Shown here: one piece after another, positions 11,920 through 23,399 of the stretch | Numbering within the stretch: position 1 is the first letter of the stretch | Layout: each line of letters starts with the position of its first letter | Assembly: GCF_044704955.1 (NCBI RefSeq) | Contig: NC_091994.1 | Coordinates: 48,732,001-48,796,000, forward strand | DNA length: 64,000 nucleotides | Direction: 5' to 3' | Source: Pristiophorus japonicus | Lineage: Eukaryota | Translations under genes and position numbers: made by a program | Notes under the pieces: generated by a model | Told to the model about the DNA's origin: nothing | Databases searched by the model: none | What the model saw: the letters and a program-made list of their open reading frames with translations, nothing else

Positions 11920-12500
11920 TGCTAACACTTACCCGCATCGCCGCACGGTCCGCGTCGCCGCGCGATCTCAATACTAAACTACCACGTCGCCTCGCAGTTC
12001 ACGTCGCCGCGCAATCCGCGTTGCCTCGCAGTTCACGTCGCCGCGCAATCCGCGTCGACCCGTTGCTCGCGTCGCCGCGCGAGTTAAGATACTTTAACTT
12101 TACTTCAAACACTTACCCGCATCGCCGCACGGTCCGCATAGCCGCGCGATCTACAAAATAGACAAAGACTTCTAACACTTACCCGCATCGCCGCACGGTC
12201 CGCATAGCCGCGCGATCTACAAAATTACCCGCATCGCCGCACGGTCCGCATAGCCGCGCGATCTTAAAACTTTACTTAAAACTCTAAACACTTTAAGACT
12301 TACAGACTTACTGCCATTAGCACTGACTTTCGCGATTCGCGTTGCTGCGCCTCTGCGTCACTACGCGTCGGCGTCACTGCGCGTTTACGTCACCGCGCGT
12401 TGACGTCACTGCGCGTTCGCTTCACTGCGCGTTTACGTCACTGCGCGTTCGCTTCGGCCCTTCTCCTCTCGGCCGCGCGTTCGCGTCGGCCCTACCTTCC
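11920..12500 (-). repeat. CpG-rich tandem repeats in the ERV 5' leader
   Basis: 4x TTACCCGCATCGCCGCACGGTCCGC..CCGCGCGATCT, 2x CCTCGCAGTTCACGTCGCCGCGCAATCCGCGT, several CGTCACTGCGCGTT. Confidence 0.9.
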
Positions 12501-13644
12501 GAGTTGCTGTGGGTTTTTTTTTAAATTCAATCAGAGCCTAGACGGGCCAAGTGATATTCAAGGTCCCTTCGTCGTACCTGAGTTGAACACCTATCCTCTA
12601 TTTAAATCCCCATTTTATTCCCTGTGAGCCTAATTTTCTAATTTTGATTTCTTATGAGCCTCAATTAATTTCTTTTAGTCTCCAAATTTCCCTATCCTTT
12701 CGCGTTACTGCGCAATTTAAATTCAATCAGTCAATGAAAGCCCTAATTTAATGGAGTTTTTTTGCCAATTGGACAGGAGTGATTTTATATTTTTCATAAT
12801 TTAAAATCTCAGAACATCTTTTTCTTTCGGCACCTATTTAGTACGTTACTTTTTTTTTATAACTAGAGAGAAGTCTGGCACGTAGGCTGTGGACTGCTTT
12901 TCGTTATCTCAATTGTTCCAGCCTCAAGGTCGTGTTATTTAATATAATTTTTTTTAAAAATCCTTTTGAATCCATCTCAGTTGTTTTGCTGTGCCTTCTC
13001 TGAATGTTTGCTTTCAACAAGTTTTACTTTTTTTTTTTAAAACCACCGGGACCATGTAATTTTTTCTTTTTTAACAAATCTATCCTTTGGGCATTTCCTG
13101 GCTCCGCAACTTATCATCCGAATATACGTAATTCAATAAGGTTCACACTCTTAAACTTCCCACATACAGGACAACACTACGAAGGGTTAAAACAAACTTT
13201 CATTCTGTTTGAGATAAAACAAACCACAACTCCCCGGCTTTTTTTTTTACAGTAAAAGTCACAGAAGCATTTCTCATTTAAACAGACATTCACAAGAGTC
13301 TCTTTTCTTTCCTATTAATTTTTTTTTTTTTGGATCCATGATTGATCATCTATCCCTATCTAGCTCTAACTATCTTTCCAAGTCGCCGCTTGGTTTGCGT
13401 CATCGCACAATTTCCCTATCTCTATCCCTATTCTAAGTTTGAAAGGTATTCACCAGATTGTCTTGGATCTCGTTCAGACACTACCTGAGAACCAGCGAGT
13501 GGCTAAACTTTCCTCAGACTTTTGAAACCGGGGGAAACTGGAGCAGTATTGAAATCATACTCACTCCAGTGGCCATTTTCCCCTCGTCTCGTCCAAGGCT
13601 AGTCTGGCTCTTAATTCGCAAGTTTTCGGCAGTCGTCCGTTGAG

Positions 13645-13662
13645 ATCCCACTTCTGACACCA
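13645..13662 (-). promoter_or_regulatory. ERV primer-binding site, tRNA-Leu (CAG/CAA)
   Basis: TGGTGTCAGAAGTGGGAT is complementary over 18 nt to the vertebrate tRNA-Leu 3' end ATCCCACTTCTGACACCA (tRNA sequence recalled, not searched). Confidence 0.9.
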
Positions 13663-13664
13663 AA

Positions 13665-14214
13665 TGTTAATTCCTGGATTCTTTTACTTCAATCTGGTTC
13701 AGTAAAATTACTGAGTCGAATACCTCTTGTGCTTTGAACAAAGCAGTCTTTATTACCGGCCAGTAAGACCTATCAGACAGAAGATATACTCTCTGGATAG
13801 AGCGTACACACTCCCTACGGATAGGTGAAGTTACATCGTAAAGCGTTAACAGTTATACAGTTTTGAAATCAGATAACAAAATACAAATGGATTGACAGTC
13901 TAACTCAGCCACTCATTCGTCAATCTATATGAGATGTTCTTCTTGAAAGCTCAAGTATTGCCTCTAAATGTTTCAATCTAATGGTGTGACTATTTACTGA
14001 GACCTTGCAATTCTGCAGATGTATTTCATGTTACAATTATATATTATTGGCAGGATTAGTGACTTGAAACCTTGAGACAGATTGTTAGCTATGCTGATGT
14101 TGCACTATTTGCAATCTGACATTCTCCCAGCTATTCTTCCATGGCTTATACATTTTCATATATCCCGTTTACTTTACTATCCTTAATTCCATATATTCCG
14201 TTCAGATATCCACA
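13665..14214 (-). repeat. ERV 5' LTR
   Basis: No difference from 6809-7358 found on reading through. Confidence 0.97.
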
Positions 14215-16760
14215 AAGTCACCCATGATAACTGCTGCACCTTTATTGCATGCACCCCTAATTTCCTGTTTGATGCCCTCCCCAACATCACTACTACTGTT
14301 TGGAGGTTTGTACACAACTCCCACTAACGTTTTTTGCCCTTTGGTGTTCTGCAGCTCTACCCATATAGATTCCACATCATCCAAGCTAATGTCCTTCCTA
14401 ACTATTGCATTAATCTCCTCTTTAACCAGCAATGCTACCCCACCTCCTTTTCCTTTTATTCTTATCCTTCCTGAATGTTGAATACCCTTGGATGTATAGT
14501 TCCCAGCCCTGATCATCCTGCAGCCACGTCTCTGTAATCCCAATCTCATCATATCTGTTAACATCTATTTGCACAGTTAATTCATCCACCTTATTACGGA
14601 TACTCCTTGCATTAAGATACAAAGCCTTCAGGCTTGTCTTTTTAACACTCTTTGTCCTTTGAAAGTACTCTTGTACTGTACATACCTTACCTGTACACCA
14701 GAGGGTGCTGCTGCTGGAGACCTAAGGAACTCACAGCTTGTTGTCCTCACTAAGGAGCTGCAAATAAAGGACTACGGGTCTACACAGTTTAAGTATCTAA
14801 CACTGCCTCATGGAGTCATTGCTAAAGGTCCCTACATACATTACAACTGGCGACGGGAATACGAGGTCACGAACTACATGCTCAGCATGTCGAATCGCAG
14901 CATCTTTCAGCAATTTACCGATGAGAAAGATTGGGATGCTTTAGTAGAAAGATTGGAACACTTTAGGAGACTGGCTGCACCGTGCGACTTTGACGACCTC
15001 GTAAATGAAGCATTAAGGGACTCTAAGCCGACGAGAGCAGTGCACCGCATTGATACTTCTAAGGGCAGAAACGCTGCCTCAAGTCCCGCAACTCTAAGTC
15101 CGCCATATGGGGCAAACCGGCTAGCCCCATGCTGGCGCTATGGAGGAAACCACAGGGCCCACCAGTGCCGCTAAAAGGACTATGCATGCAAAGAGAAAAG
15201 GCACCTTCAAAGGATGTGCAGAAAAAGCTTTACTCACCGCGTCTCTGATGAGTTCGCTGATCACTGGGGCTCCGACACAGAGGAAGGTGAAGTTGCTCAA
15301 CCCGTGGAAGAAGAGTATGGAACTCATACCTGCTCCACTGAAAGTTCTCCGTGGACGATGAAAGTAGACGTCGACGAGGTCCCAGTTTCTATGGAGATCG
15401 ACACAGGGGTGAGCCAGTCTGTGATGAGCCAAATGACCTTTGAAAATATTTGGATAAATCCTGCCAATCGACCAAAACTGTCTCCTGTCCAGGCGAAGCT
15501 GCTCACCGATACCAAAGGTAAAATCCAAATCGTTGGCAGCGTAGAAGTCCAGGTCTCCCAGGGCGGCGTGCTGAACAAACTTCCCCTGTGGGACCGTGAC
15601 GGTCCTATGATGCTGGGCAGGAATTGGATAAACCCGATGCACATCAGGTGAAGTGACCCTGTGGAAGAAAAGACCACCACAGCCCACATGCAGGAAAGCC
15701 AGGAAATGGCTGCAAAACCAGCACCACGAGGAAAAGAACTTGTAATCAAAGTGGCCGCGGCCATACCACGAGTGAGCATGGAGGAGCATCACGTGACACC
15801 GAGCGGCCAATCAGATTTGAAGGCTCCCTTAAAGGAGACCAGTAACCAAACAAATTTAAAGGGGAAGTTTCAACTATTTGAGTACATCGACTTTAAAGCT
15901 AAAGATGCAATTAAAGGGTGCAAGTATCAAAATGTATGCAATGTAACCATGAATTGTGATGCTGGTTGAACTAATGTGACTAATGAGATGAATGCAGGTG
16001 TCAGTAAGGTTAAGAACAAGTTTATTATGGTTAACAATAATAATAGAGAATGTGAAATGCCTAATGTAACCTTGTCTGTTGAAACCAGGACACCCAAAAG
16101 TGATGCAAATGCTAGAATGTATAATGCAGGCTCGACTATGTGTGATCAGAACCAAGGTGTCATGTATACCGGTAGGACACTGCCAAAGGACATTGGATCT
16201 ACAGGGACCATGCTGATGCCAATGGAATCCCCCTGTAGGAGACCCCCAGGTCTAGCAGGCTACCTGACCATGTAGCCTGGACCTTTGGAACGAATGTGAT
16301 GCCCCTTGCAGGACACACTCACAGCCTGTGGGAGTAGACCCACTACAGGGACAGTGGTCAATGGGCAGCCCAGCCACCTCTAATGGCAACCAGCACCAGA
16401 CCAGCCCTACAACCCCTGGCCACCAGGGCCAACACCAGGAGCATGAGGCCAATACCCTCCAGCTTTCCTGGCAAACCCTGGGATGACCTGACCCTCATCC
16501 CAATTGGTAGACAGTCTTGTGGTCCTGCCCACCACACCAGGTAACCCTTATAAAAAGGAACTCACAGCTTGTTGTCCTCACTCAAGAGCTGCAAATAAAG
16601 GACTACAGGTCTACACAGTTTAAGTATCATACCCTGCTTCGTGGCGTCATTACTAAAGGTGCCTACATACACTACAGTAACATACACGCCTCCCACTGCA
16701 GTGCCCTCTAGTGGCACACCTTGTAATAGTACAAGCAGTAACCATGTAGGATACATGACA

Positions 16761-17840
16761 GGTTCTGCCTCTACCACTCTTTCAGGCGTGCAGAAATTTC
16801 CCCACAAATCCCCTCGAAACCTTGTACCAATTACTTTAAATGTATGCCCCTGGTTGTTGACCACTCTGCTAAGGGAAATAGGCCCTTTCTATCTACTATA
16901 TCCAGGCCCCTCATAAGTTTATACACCTCAATGATGTCTCCCCTTCAGCCTTCTCTGTTCCAAGGAAAACAAAACCAGCCTGTCCAATCTGTCTTAACAG
17001 CTAAGATTCTCCATTCCTGGCAACATCCTCATATATCTCCTCTGTACCCTCTCCAGTACAATCACATCTTTCCTGTAATGTGGTGACCAGAACTGCACGC
17101 AGCACTCCAGCTGTGGCCTACCTAGTGTTTGATACTGTTGAAACATAAACTCTCTGCACTTGTATTCTATGCCTCAGCTAATAAAGGCAAGCATTCCGTA
17201 TGCTTTTTTAACCACCTTATCCACCTGGCCTGCTACCTTCAGTCACAGGCACTCCAAGGTCCCTTTTTTCCTCTACACTTTTCAGTGTCTTACCATTTAA
17301 TGTTTATTCCCTATCCTTGTTAACCTTCCCCAAATGCATTGCATCATACTTCTCTGGATTAAATTCCATTTGCCACTGTTCTGCAGACCAGTTGATTGAT
17401 ATCTTCCTGCAGTCTGCAGTTTTCTTCTTCATTATCAACCACACAGCCTATTTTAGTATCATCTGCAAACTTCTTAATCATACCCCCCATATTCAAGTCA
17501 GGATCATTGATGTATATCACAAAAAGCAAGGGATCTAGTACTGAGCCCTGCGAAACTCCACTGGAAACATCCTTCCAGTCGCAAAAATACCCATCAACCA
17601 TTACCCTTTGCTTCCTGCCTCTGAGACAATCTTGGATCCAATTTGCCACTTTACACTGGATCCCATGGGCTTTTACTTTTGTGACCAGTCTGCCATGTGG
17701 GACCTTATCAAAAGCTTTGCTAAACTCCATATATACTGCATCATAGGCTTTGCCTTCATCGACAGTCCTGGTTACCTCCTTGAAAATTTCAATCAAGTTT
17801 GTCAGACATGACCTTACCTTAACAAATCCGTGCTGACCCA
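16761..17840 (-). mobile_element. CR1 LINE RT region (left arm)
   Basis: FSKAFDKVPH, QGSVLDP, FADD motifs; paralog of 53075-54120. Confidence 0.9.
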
Positions 17841-17937
17841 TGATCAACACAGACAAATACAGCACAGAGAGAAGCACAAATATACAATCAGGCAGACACA
17901 GACAGACACACATACATAAACACAGACAGCACAGAGT

Positions 17938-18403
17938 CATCATAGGCAGTCCCTCGAATGAGGATGACTTTCTTCCATGAGTTCACAGACATTTCAATGA
18001 AGGATCCGATGTTCCAGTCCTGAACTCCAATTGAGGGTGCGAAAAATGCCTGTGCGTGAATTTTTTTTAACGTGTGATGACCGTTGCACACCAGCCACCA
18101 CACGGGCTTGACAGAGCTAGGCCTTTATCCAGTGGCAAGGGTTAACCAGGACGACTGGAGACCTGCTCTGCTGCACGGATCTAGTGCGCACACATATTGC
18201 AGTGTGGGCTGGCCCGTGCTGCCCCTGGGCCCTCCGCTCTTCTGGGCCCCATACCCTCATTCGTCGCACATCTGCTATGATCTCTCGCCGCTCCTCCGCC
18301 AAACATTCGCCTCACCTCTGCCGCGATCTCTCGCCGCTCTTCCGCCACAAAAACAATTACTGCACCTCTGCCACATACTCTTGCCGTACCTACGCCACAT
18401 GGA
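17938..18403 (-). mobile_element. Non-coding SINE-like element with RTE-type 3' tail
   Basis: Tail GAGGGACTGCCTATGATG on minus strand; flanked by ACAGAGT direct repeats; absent from the right arm; homologous to 42788-43323. Confidence 0.75.
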
Positions 18404-18409
18404 ACAGAG

Positions 18410-18560
18410 TGACACACACAACAGCACAGACAGACACAGAGAGACGAAAACATGTACAAAGAGCGAAAGAGAGATACACACATAACCACAGACATGCACA
18501 GAGACATACATACAGATACACAAACACAAAGATACACACACATACACACACGCACAAAAC
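18410..18560. repeat. Degenerate (CA/GA)n low-complexity tract
   Basis: ACAC/AGAC-rich; mirrored as TG-rich 52750-53070. Confidence 0.85.
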
Positions 18561-18807
18561 CAAAAATATACGTCCACCAACAGATATGCACAGATTGCCT
18601 TAGGCATATAGAGGGATAGACAGGCAGAATCATTTGGCTGATTTTTGCTCTATTTCTATCCCTATGTATCGTGAAAATTGCAGTTTAATGAAAATGAGAA
18701 ACAAAAATGGCAGTATTGAAAGGCGTGGGATGTTAGTTTGCCTATCTCAGCTTCAGTTTTGCAGGGACCTGGTTATATTGTCAAACAGAATCAAAAATGC
18801 TGAGAAC

Positions 18808-18889
18808 AGTAGTCGGCAGGATTGGAACCTGCGCGGGGAAACCCCAGTGGATTTTTAGTGTATTGCCTTAACCACTCGACCACGGCTAC
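18808..18889 (-). pseudogene. tRNA-Ser(AGA)-derived pseudogene (anticodon now AAA)
   Basis: GTAGCCGTGGTCGAGTGGTTAAGGC..CT-AAA-AATCC..GGGGTTTCCCC..GCAGGTTCCAATCCTGCCGACTAC aligns to canonical tRNA-Ser; anticodon stem broken, B box TTCC. Confidence 0.9.
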
Positions 18890-18954
18890 TGGGTCTCTGC
18901 CTCTTTAAATGTTACTCAGATAAAACTCAATTTTCCATATCTCTGCAGCAGATG

Positions 18955-21900
18955 AACATAAGAACATAAGAACATAATAAATAGGAGCAGGAGTAGGTAA
19001 TTTGGCATCTCGAGCCTGCTCCGCCATTCAATAAGATCATGGCTGATCCGATCATGGATTCAGCTCCACTTCCCTGCCCGCTGCCCATAGCCCTTTCTGC
19101 CCATATCGTTCAAAAATCTGTCTATCTCCAGCTTAAGTATATTGAATGATCCAGCCTCCACATTCTCGGGGGCAGAGAATTCCACCGATTTACAATCATC
19201 TGAGAGAAGACTTTCCTCCTCATCTCAGTTTTAAATGTGCAACCCCTTATTCTGAGACTATGTCCCCTAGTTTTAATTTCCCCTGTGAGTGGAAGTATCC
19301 TCCCTGCATCCACCTTGTCAAGTCCCCTCATTATCTTATATGTTTCAATAAGATCACCTCTCATTCTTCTGAACCCCAATGCTTAAAGCCCAACCTACTC
19401 AACCGATCTTCATAATTCAACCCCTTCACCTCCGGAATCAACCTAGTGAACCTTCTCTGAACAGCCTCCAATGCAAGATATCCTTCCTTAAATAAGGAGA
19501 ACAAAACTGCACGCAGTACTCCAGGTATGGCCTCACCAATACCCTGTACAGTTGTAGCAGGACTTCTCTGTTTTTATACTCTATCCCCCTTGCAATAAAG
19601 GCCAACATTCCATTTGCCTTCCTGATTACTTGCTGTACCTGCATACTAACATTTTGTGTTTCATGTACAAGGACCCCAGGTCTCTCTATACTGCAGCACT
19701 TAGCACTTTTTTTCAATTTAAATTATAATTTGCTTTTCTATTCTTTCTGCCAAAGTGGATAACCTCACATTTTCCCACATTATATTACATCTGCCAAACT
19801 TTTGCCCACTCACTTAGCCTGTCTATATCCCTTTGCATATTTTTTGTGTCCTCCTCACAATTTGCTTTCCCACCCATCTTTGTATCATCAGCAAACTTGG
19901 CAAAATGACATTTTGGTCCCTATATCCAAGTCATTAATATAGATTGTAAATAGTTGAGGACCCAGCATTAATCCCTGCGGCACCCCTGTTTACGAACCGG
20001 AAAATGACCAATTTATCCCGACTCTCTGTTTTCTGTTAGTTAGCCAATCCTCCATCAGTGTTAATATATTACCCCCAACAACGTGAACTTTATTTTGTGC
20101 AGTAACCTTTTATGTGTCACGTTATCAAATGACTTCTGGGTATCCAAATACACCAAATCCACTGGTTCATCCTTATCCACCCTGCTCATTACCATTGGGT
20201 TCCTAAGAGATGAAACTGCACAAAGGGAGGTTAAAGTAACAGTGATCTCAGTCTTTATTAAGACACTCCAGAGTGAGGAACAGGCCTTTGGGGCCAGCTT
20301 ATATACAGTGCTCCCAAGGGATGCTGGGATCTCTTCGGACTTCAGGGGATGCGCTCCCTATGGTCTGGAGGGCCAGGACCACAAATTTAGTGGTGCCTCT
20401 CTGGGCGCGTTGCTCAACTGAGCACACACACGGCATTGTCGTACACAGGACTCTAAGTCAGAGTTGATACCGGGCCACCACACGTGGGATCTGGCTATCG
20501 CTTTCATCATTACTATACCCGGGTGTGTGCTGTGGAGATCCGAGATGAACGTCTCCCTGCCCCTTTTGGGTAGCACTATGCGGTTACTCCACAACAGGCA
20601 GTCTGCCTGAATGGACAGCTCGTCGTTTCGCCGCTGGAACGGCTTGATTAGCTCTTGCATTTCAACGGGGATGCTGGCCCAGCTCCCATGCAGTACAGAG
20701 TTTTTTACTAGGGACAGCAGAGGATCTTGGCTGGTCAGGGTCATAAATTGGTGGGCCGTGACAGGTGATTTATCATTTTCAAATGCTTCCATGACCATCA
20801 ACAAGTCTGCGGGCTGTGCCACCATCAACAAGTTTTCAGGCTGCGCCATTTCCCCCTATGTGGTGGGCAATGGTAGCCGACTGAGAGCATCCGCACAGTT
20901 CTCGGTGCCTGGCCTGTGGCGGATGGTTTAGTTATACACTGATAGCGCGAGTGCTCACCTTTGTATGAGGGCTGAGGCATTAGTATTTATCCCATTGTTT
21001 TCAGCGAACAGGGATATGAGGGGCTTGTGATCGGTTTCCAGCTCAAATTTGAGGCCAAACAGGTACAGATGCATTTTCTTTACCCCGAACACACACGTTA
21101 ATGGCTCTTTCTCAATCATGCTGTAGGCCCTCTCAGCCTTAGACAAGTTCCTGGAGGCATAGGCGACAGGTTGCAACTTCCCCGCAACATTAGCTTGTTA
21201 TAATACACACCCGACTCCGTACGACGACGCATCACATGCTAACACAAGTCTTTTACACGGGTTATATAATACAAGCAGCTTGTTGGAGCATAAAATGTTT
21301 CTGGCTTTCTCAAAAGCAATTACTTTGTTTTTTTACCCATACCCAGTTCTCACCTTTACGCAATAACACATGTAGGGGCTAGAAGAGGGTGCTTAACTCC
21401 GGTAGGAAGTTACCAAAATAGTTGAGGAGTCCCAGGAACGACCGCAGCTCCGTGATATTCTGTGGCCTGGGCGTGTTCCTGATAGCCTCTGTCTTGGCGT
21501 CTGTGGGCCGAATGCCGTCCGCCGCAACCTTTCTCTCCAAGCAGTGTGGGGCCATCGCCCAGGACAATCCAGAGTGGCAGTTCATGCACCGTGCCCTCAT
21601 AGGTGACCTTGACCATGGCGCTGCCCAGGACAATGATGAGCTCTTTGGTGTATGTTCTCCATTTTGTGTGGATGGGGCTCAGGGCTGGTCTGAGTACCTT
21701 GTTGCACCACAGTCTCTAAACATCTTTTTACTCATGATGGATTGGCTAGCGCCAGTGTCCAGTTCCATGGCTATGGGTAAGCCATTCAATTTTACGTTTA
21801 GCATTATAGGTGGACATTTCGTTGAAAATGTGTGCACCCCGTGTACTTCAGCATCTGCCTCCTCTCTCTGAGGCTCGAAATTGCTTTGATCCACCATGGA

Positions 21901-23162
21901 CCGATCTTCCTCTGCCACATGTAGGTGCAGAGGTTGCAGCAAGAAGGTGTGAATTGCTTTGCATTCACCTTTGTTGCGGACTCTGAGTCATCTGGGTCAC
22001 CTGAGGCCTGCTGGTAGTTGCAGACTCATGGTTTCTGCCCTGTACATTTCTGCTCGCAAACACAGTTCCAGTTAATTTATGAACATTGCTAGCACTTGTG
22101 TGCTGAGAGATTTGTTTGGTGCTATCACTGTTGGACATAAACGCCTGTGCTATCGCAATGGCCTTACTGCGGGTCGGTGTCTCTACAGTCAAAAGTTTTC
22201 GTAGGTTGGTCTTGTGGCCAATGCCCATTACAAAAAAGTGTCTGAGCATCTGCTCCAGGTAGCCATCAAACTCACATTGTCCTGCAAGTTGCCTTAGCTC
22301 GGTGACGTAGCTCGCCACTTCCTGACCTTCAGATCGCTGGCACGTGTAGAACCGATACCTTGCCATCAGCACGCTCTCCCTCGGGTTAAGATGCTCCCGA
22401 ACCAGTGTACACAGCTCCTCATATGATTTATCTGTGGGCTTCACCGGAGCCAGAAGATTCTTCATGAGGCTGTAGATCGGTGCGCTGCAGACCGTGAGGA
22501 GGACCGCTCTCCTTTTTGCAGCGCTTCCTTCTCCGTCCAGCTCGTTGGCTACAAAGTACTGGTCTAGCCGTTCGACATAGACTTCCCAGTCCTCACCCTC
22601 CGAGAACTTCTCCAGGATGCTGCATCTTTGCGTTGGATTCGTATACTCGCCGCCAGTTATTGTGTGCCTAACACAAATGAGACTGCACACAGGGAGATTA
22701 AAGTAACAGTGACCTCAGTCTTTATTAAGACACTCCAGAGTGAGGAACAGGCCTTAGGGGCCGGCTTATGTACAGTGCTCTCAAGGGATGCTGGGATCCC
22801 TTGGGACTTCAGGGGATGCGCTCCCTGGTGGTGGAATATGGGAGTGCATGCTTTACAGATACAAAACAGTTCCATCCTCAAAGAACTCCAGCAAATTTGT
22901 CAAACATGATTTCCCTTTCATAAAACCATGCTGACTCTGTTTGATTTAATTATTCTTTTCCAAATCTCTTTCTACTGCTTCCTTAACAATGAACTCCAGC
23001 ATTTTACCAACGACAGATGTTAGGCTAACCGGTCTATAATTTCCTGCTTTCTGTCAGCCTCCTTTTTTAAATAGGGGCATTACATTTGCAGTTTTACAAT
23101 CCGCTGGGACCTCCCCAGAATCCAATTAATTTTGATAGATTACAACCTATGCACCCATTATC
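18955..23162 (-). mobile_element. CR1 LINE (older family), split by Gypsy B1
   Basis: (AACATAAG)n tail; RT fragments; paralog of 50885-52355. Confidence 0.9.
20193..22868 (-). mobile_element. Gypsy/Mag-like LTR element B, copy 1 (RT and most of IN deleted)
   Basis: 5' LTR 22658-22868, truncated 3' LTR from 20193; PBS TGGCGGCGAG; gag 21965-22620, protease LDTGAS, RNase H TDHKPL, HHCC; TSD ATTAC/GTTCC with empty site GTTAC in the right arm. Confidence 0.92.
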
Positions 23163-23325
23163 AAACAGTTCCATGGCAGGTACAGCACAGTTTAGATAAA
23201 GAGTAAAGCTCCCGCTACACTGTCTCATCAAGCACTCCCAGGGCAGGTACAGCACAGGTTAGATACAGAATAAAGCTCACTCTGCACTGTCCCATCAAAC
23301 ACCCCCAGGACAGGGGCAGCACAGG
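23163..23325 (+). repeat. ~64-bp satellite (GCAGGTACAGCAC.GGTTAGATACAGAGTAAAGCTCCCTCTACACTGTCCCATCAAACACTCCCAGG)
   Basis: About 2.5 tandem units. Confidence 0.85.
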
Positions 23326-23399
23326 GATGCCATAGCATCATGGTTATGTTATCAGGACTCGTAATCCAGTTGCCTGGACTAATGATCCAGAGACATAAC

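Larger units (their letters stand above)
6809..14214 (-). mobile_element. Endogenous retrovirus (class I, gamma/epsilon-like), internally deleted, LTRs apparently identical
   Basis: Two 550-bp LTRs (6809-7358, 13665-14214), TG..CA; 4-bp TSD AAGT (6805-6808, 14215-14218); PBS, PPT, and gag, pro, RNase H, IN and env remnants in canonical order. Confidence 0.97.
4375..14660 (-). mobile_element. 5'-truncated CR1 LINE ORF2 (same young family as 57003-61311), split by the ERV
   Basis: ORFs 14202-14622, 5946-6800, 5744-5935, 5080-5616 and 4449-5147 are nearly identical to the 58311-61217 protein (APE endonuclease + RT); ATATTAAAGT|CACCC continuity across the ERV. Confidence 0.95.
4318..16676 (+). 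mobile_element. Gypsy/Mag-like LTR element 'C', non-autonomous, inserted in the 5' LTR of A
   Basis: 5' LTR starts TGTTATG at 4318, is split by CR1, resumes about 14661-14845; PBS TGGCGACGGG follows; 3' LTR remnant about 16515-16676; TSD CTAAC/GTAAC; gag fragments and protease MEIDTGVS (15214-15651). Confidence 0.85.
1045..16760 (-). mobile_element. Gypsy/Mag-like LTR element 'A', non-autonomous (gag + protease only), host of nested insertions
   Basis: LTR 1045-1275 (TG..CA); other LTR split into 4177-4317 and 16682-16760; PPT GGGGGAGAGTGA next to 1276; PBS TGGCGACAAG next to 4176; TSD GTTTC/GGTTC; empty site present in the paralog near 54125. Confidence 0.9.

Noticed and set aside
6809-14214. 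ERV as a foamy (spuma-like) virus
   Set aside because: Zinc-knuckle NC, in-frame gag-pro readthrough, CXXC/CX6CC Env and a Leu PBS fit class I; no accessory region after env
18084-18633. Cys/Val- and His/Thr-rich ORFs (also 52680-53081 and 62558-63154)
   Set aside because: Translations of (TG/CA)n and minisatellite sequence
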